Part shown: positions 36,200 through 38,623 of the stretch, one piece after another
How positions within the stretch are numbered: position 1 is the stretch's first letter
Layout: every line of letters begins with the position of its first letter
Assembly: GCA_051453625.1 (NCBI GenBank)
Contig: JBOZIK010000001.1
Location: forward strand, 2,283,865-2,322,487
Source: Welwitschia mirabilis
Taxonomy: Eukaryota
Reading direction: 5' to 3'
Length of the DNA: 38,623 bases
Made by a program: the position numbers and the translations under genes
Notes under the pieces: generated by a model
What the model saw: the letters and a program-made list of their open reading frames with translations, nothing else
What the model was told of the DNA's origin: nothing
The model's database searches: none

Positions 36200-38623
36200 A
36201 GCAAATCTAGGGTTTTGCGTCAGGGAGTGTGGCAAAAGCTATCTCGGTGGTGTGAAGGGTGTTTTTGGTGCATCTTCAACGTGCTGGTGTATCCTCTCTC
36301 TTCTGTGATTGTCTTGCACTATGGCTTTTTTTCCCATTGGCAATTTTTGAAGCTTGCATTCAGGAGATTTTTGGTGTGGCACATCTTCAACGCACCCTCT
36401 TGTTAACTCCTTGGTGGTGCATTGTATNNNNNNNNNNNNNNNNNNNNNNNNNNNNNNNNNTTACACCTCACATCCATTTCCTACCTTTGAGGGGAGGTCT
36501 TTGATTGATGACCCATGAACCCTAAAAACCCAAAAGGACAGGCACTAGTCGATCTGAAGTGTCCAAGTCAGTGGAATCTCATTTGGCGTCTGGCTCTTTA
36601 ATGGTAGCAGAATCCTCCGGTATGAAATCTTATGCAACTTCGATAGGGGAAAATAACTCTCAAAGTTTTCCTAACTAGGATTTTGGCTTTAAACATAATG
36701 ACAGCACCTTCCATGCTAAGATGCCTANNNNNNNNNNNNNNNNNNNNNNNNNNNNNNNNNNNNNNNNNNNNNNNNNNNNNNNNNNNNNNNNNNNNNNNNN
36801 NNNNNNNNNNNNNNNNNNNNNNNNNNNNNNNNNNNNNNNNNNNNNNNNNNNNNNNNNNNNNNNNNNNNNNNNNNNNNNNNNNNNNNNNNNNNNNNNNNNN
36901 NNNNNNNNNNNNNNNNNNNNNNNNNNNNNNNNNNNNNNNNNNNNNNNNNNNNNNNNNNNNNNNNNNNNNNNNNNNNNNNNNNNNNNNNNNNNNNNNNNNN
37001 NNNNNNNNNNNNNNNNNNNNNNNNNNNNNNNNNNNNNNNNNNNNNNNNNNNNNNNNNNNNNNNNNNNNNNNNNNNNNNNNNNNNNNNNNNNNNNNNNNNN
37101 NNNCGATAGAAATATGGATCTCATGGCTAAAATAGTAATGGCTAGAATTTTTGTTTATATGAAACCAAATAGTTTTAATGCAGACAAAATCATCTTGAAT
37201 ACTATGTGGGGGAAAACAGTCTTCAATCTTAAAATTAAAATCTTTTTATACAATGTTCAAAATGTGGAGAACATAGTCACACGATGAAAAAATGCAACAA
37301 AAAAAATTAAAAGATTGAAAAGACTAATTGGAAGGAAGTCGGAAAAGATAAGAAAAAGAAACTAGCTTTAATCTCAAATAATGAACCTATCACATAGGCA
37401 AACAAGTATGATATTCTTTCAAAAGAAGAACTAGAACAGATGATAGAAAAAGAAATGGAAAAAGACTGAAAAAGTTAAACAGGAAGGTACAGAGGGCATC
37501 CACAATGCACTGGTCTCAGATCCAACACTTCATTCATAACAATAAGCATATTTGAACATGGAACAGGGATAAGAACTTAAAGATAGTGGAGACAATGTTG
37601 ATGAGTATGTGGTGGATACGTCGGTAAATAATAGAATTGGAAAACTGGGACAGACAAACAGAAGGATAAGAATGAATACCTGAAAAGGCAAGATCAAAAA
37701 AGAGACAAAGAAGTACATCTGAGATAGTAAGCAATCTCAACTCTCATTTTTATGATTATTTCCTAGAATTGTCGAGGCCTTGGAAATAGCCAGAAAATTT
37801 CTCACCTTTGGAGTCTCTTAAGGAACTCTCCAGTTTCTATATATCTTCTTCAAAAAATGAAGCTTGATTCTTTAAAAACTAGTCATTTTTATGTAAAATC
37901 TTCTTGGTCCTTCATTTCGGTTCCGAGTATGGGCATAAAAGGAGCATTGATGATCCTATGGAAGCATGGTAACATATCTATTTTAGCAATAGTAAAATGA
38001 CCGTACTATGGATTGGATTTTTAATGATCAAAAGANNNNNNNNNNNNNNNNNNNNNNNNNNNNNNNNNNNNNNNNNNNNNNNNNNNNNNNNNNNNNNNNN
38101 NNNNNNNNNNNNNNNNNNNNNNNNNNNNNNNNNNNCTTAAAGATAGTGGAAACAATGTTGATGAGTATGTGGTGGATACATCAGTAAATAAGAGAAATGG
38201 AAAACTGGGATAGGCAAGCAAAAGGATAAGAATGAATACCTGAAAAGGCAAGATTAAAAAAGAGACAAAGAAGGACATCTGAAATAGTAAGCAATATCAA
38301 CTCTCATTTTTATGTTTATTTCCTAGAATTGTCGAGGCCTTGGAAATAGCCAGAAAATTTCTCACTTTTGAAGTCTCTTAAGAAACTCTCCAGTTTCTAT
38401 GTATCTTCTTCAAGAAATGAAGCTTGATTCTTTAAAAACTAGTCATTTTATGTAAACTTTTCTTGGTCCTTCATTTCAGTTCTGAGTATGGGCATAAAAG
38501 GAGCATTGATGATTCTATGGAAGCATGGTGACATATTTATTATTAGCAAGAGTAACAACTACCTTACTATGGATTGGATTTTTAATGATCAAAAGAGAAA
38601 AATTACCAACTTTTATGGGCCTT
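36200..38623 (+). mobile_element. L1-clade LINE 5' part: 5' UTR, ORF1 (zf-CCHC) and start of ORF2 APE endonuclease; runs off the window
   Basis: ORF1-like MKSYATS (~36622), DRNMDLMAKIVMARIFV and CSKCGEHSHTMKKC (37254-37295). ORF2 from 37752 reads MIIS*NCRGLGNSQKISHLWSLLRNSPVSIYLLQKMKL...SMGIKGALMILW (SWNCRGLG...LQETK...SxGxSGGLxxLW). Confidence 0.88.
37576..38596. repeat. Direct repeat flanking a 100-N gap (37576-38035 / 38136-38596) duplicating the ORF1/ORF2 junction
   Basis: cttaaagatagtgga...tcctagaattgtcgaggccttggaaatagccag...ggattggatttttaatgatcaaaaga occurs twice. Both copies share the TGG>TAG stop in SWNCRG. Confidence 0.94.

Noticed and set aside
1..38623. Species assignment (for example a gymnosperm/gnetophyte with a low-GC, heavily methylated genome)
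   Set aside because: TE styles and composition are suggestive only, and the species cannot be established without a database search.

Overview
This is strongly AT-rich, CG-depleted eukaryotic nuclear DNA, almost certainly from a land plant, in a gappy scaffold with 12 N-runs (six of exactly 100 N). It is mostly decayed, nested transposable elements: an Athila-type Ty3/gypsy element (LTR, gag, protease), at least four L1-clade LINE remnants, a Ty1/copia pol remnant abutting a Sirevirus-like LTR with its PPT, a probable PIF/Harbinger transposase relic and tRNA-derived SINE-like pieces. The only credible host gene is a short RFI2-family RING-H2 E3 ubiquitin ligase (17598-18134, minus strand), which sits in a CG-retaining island. 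A heavily deaminated fragment of about 250 bp of plastid 16S rDNA (NUPT) lies at about 20921-21168. I see no new multi-gene system. The best leads are (i) the compact RING gene, (ii) the many 0.1-1 kb tandem duplications inside unrelated elements, several without any gap, and (iii) the CG/CHG deamination signature that can be read against the conserved 16S sequence. TE boundaries are approximate and all alignments were done by eye.
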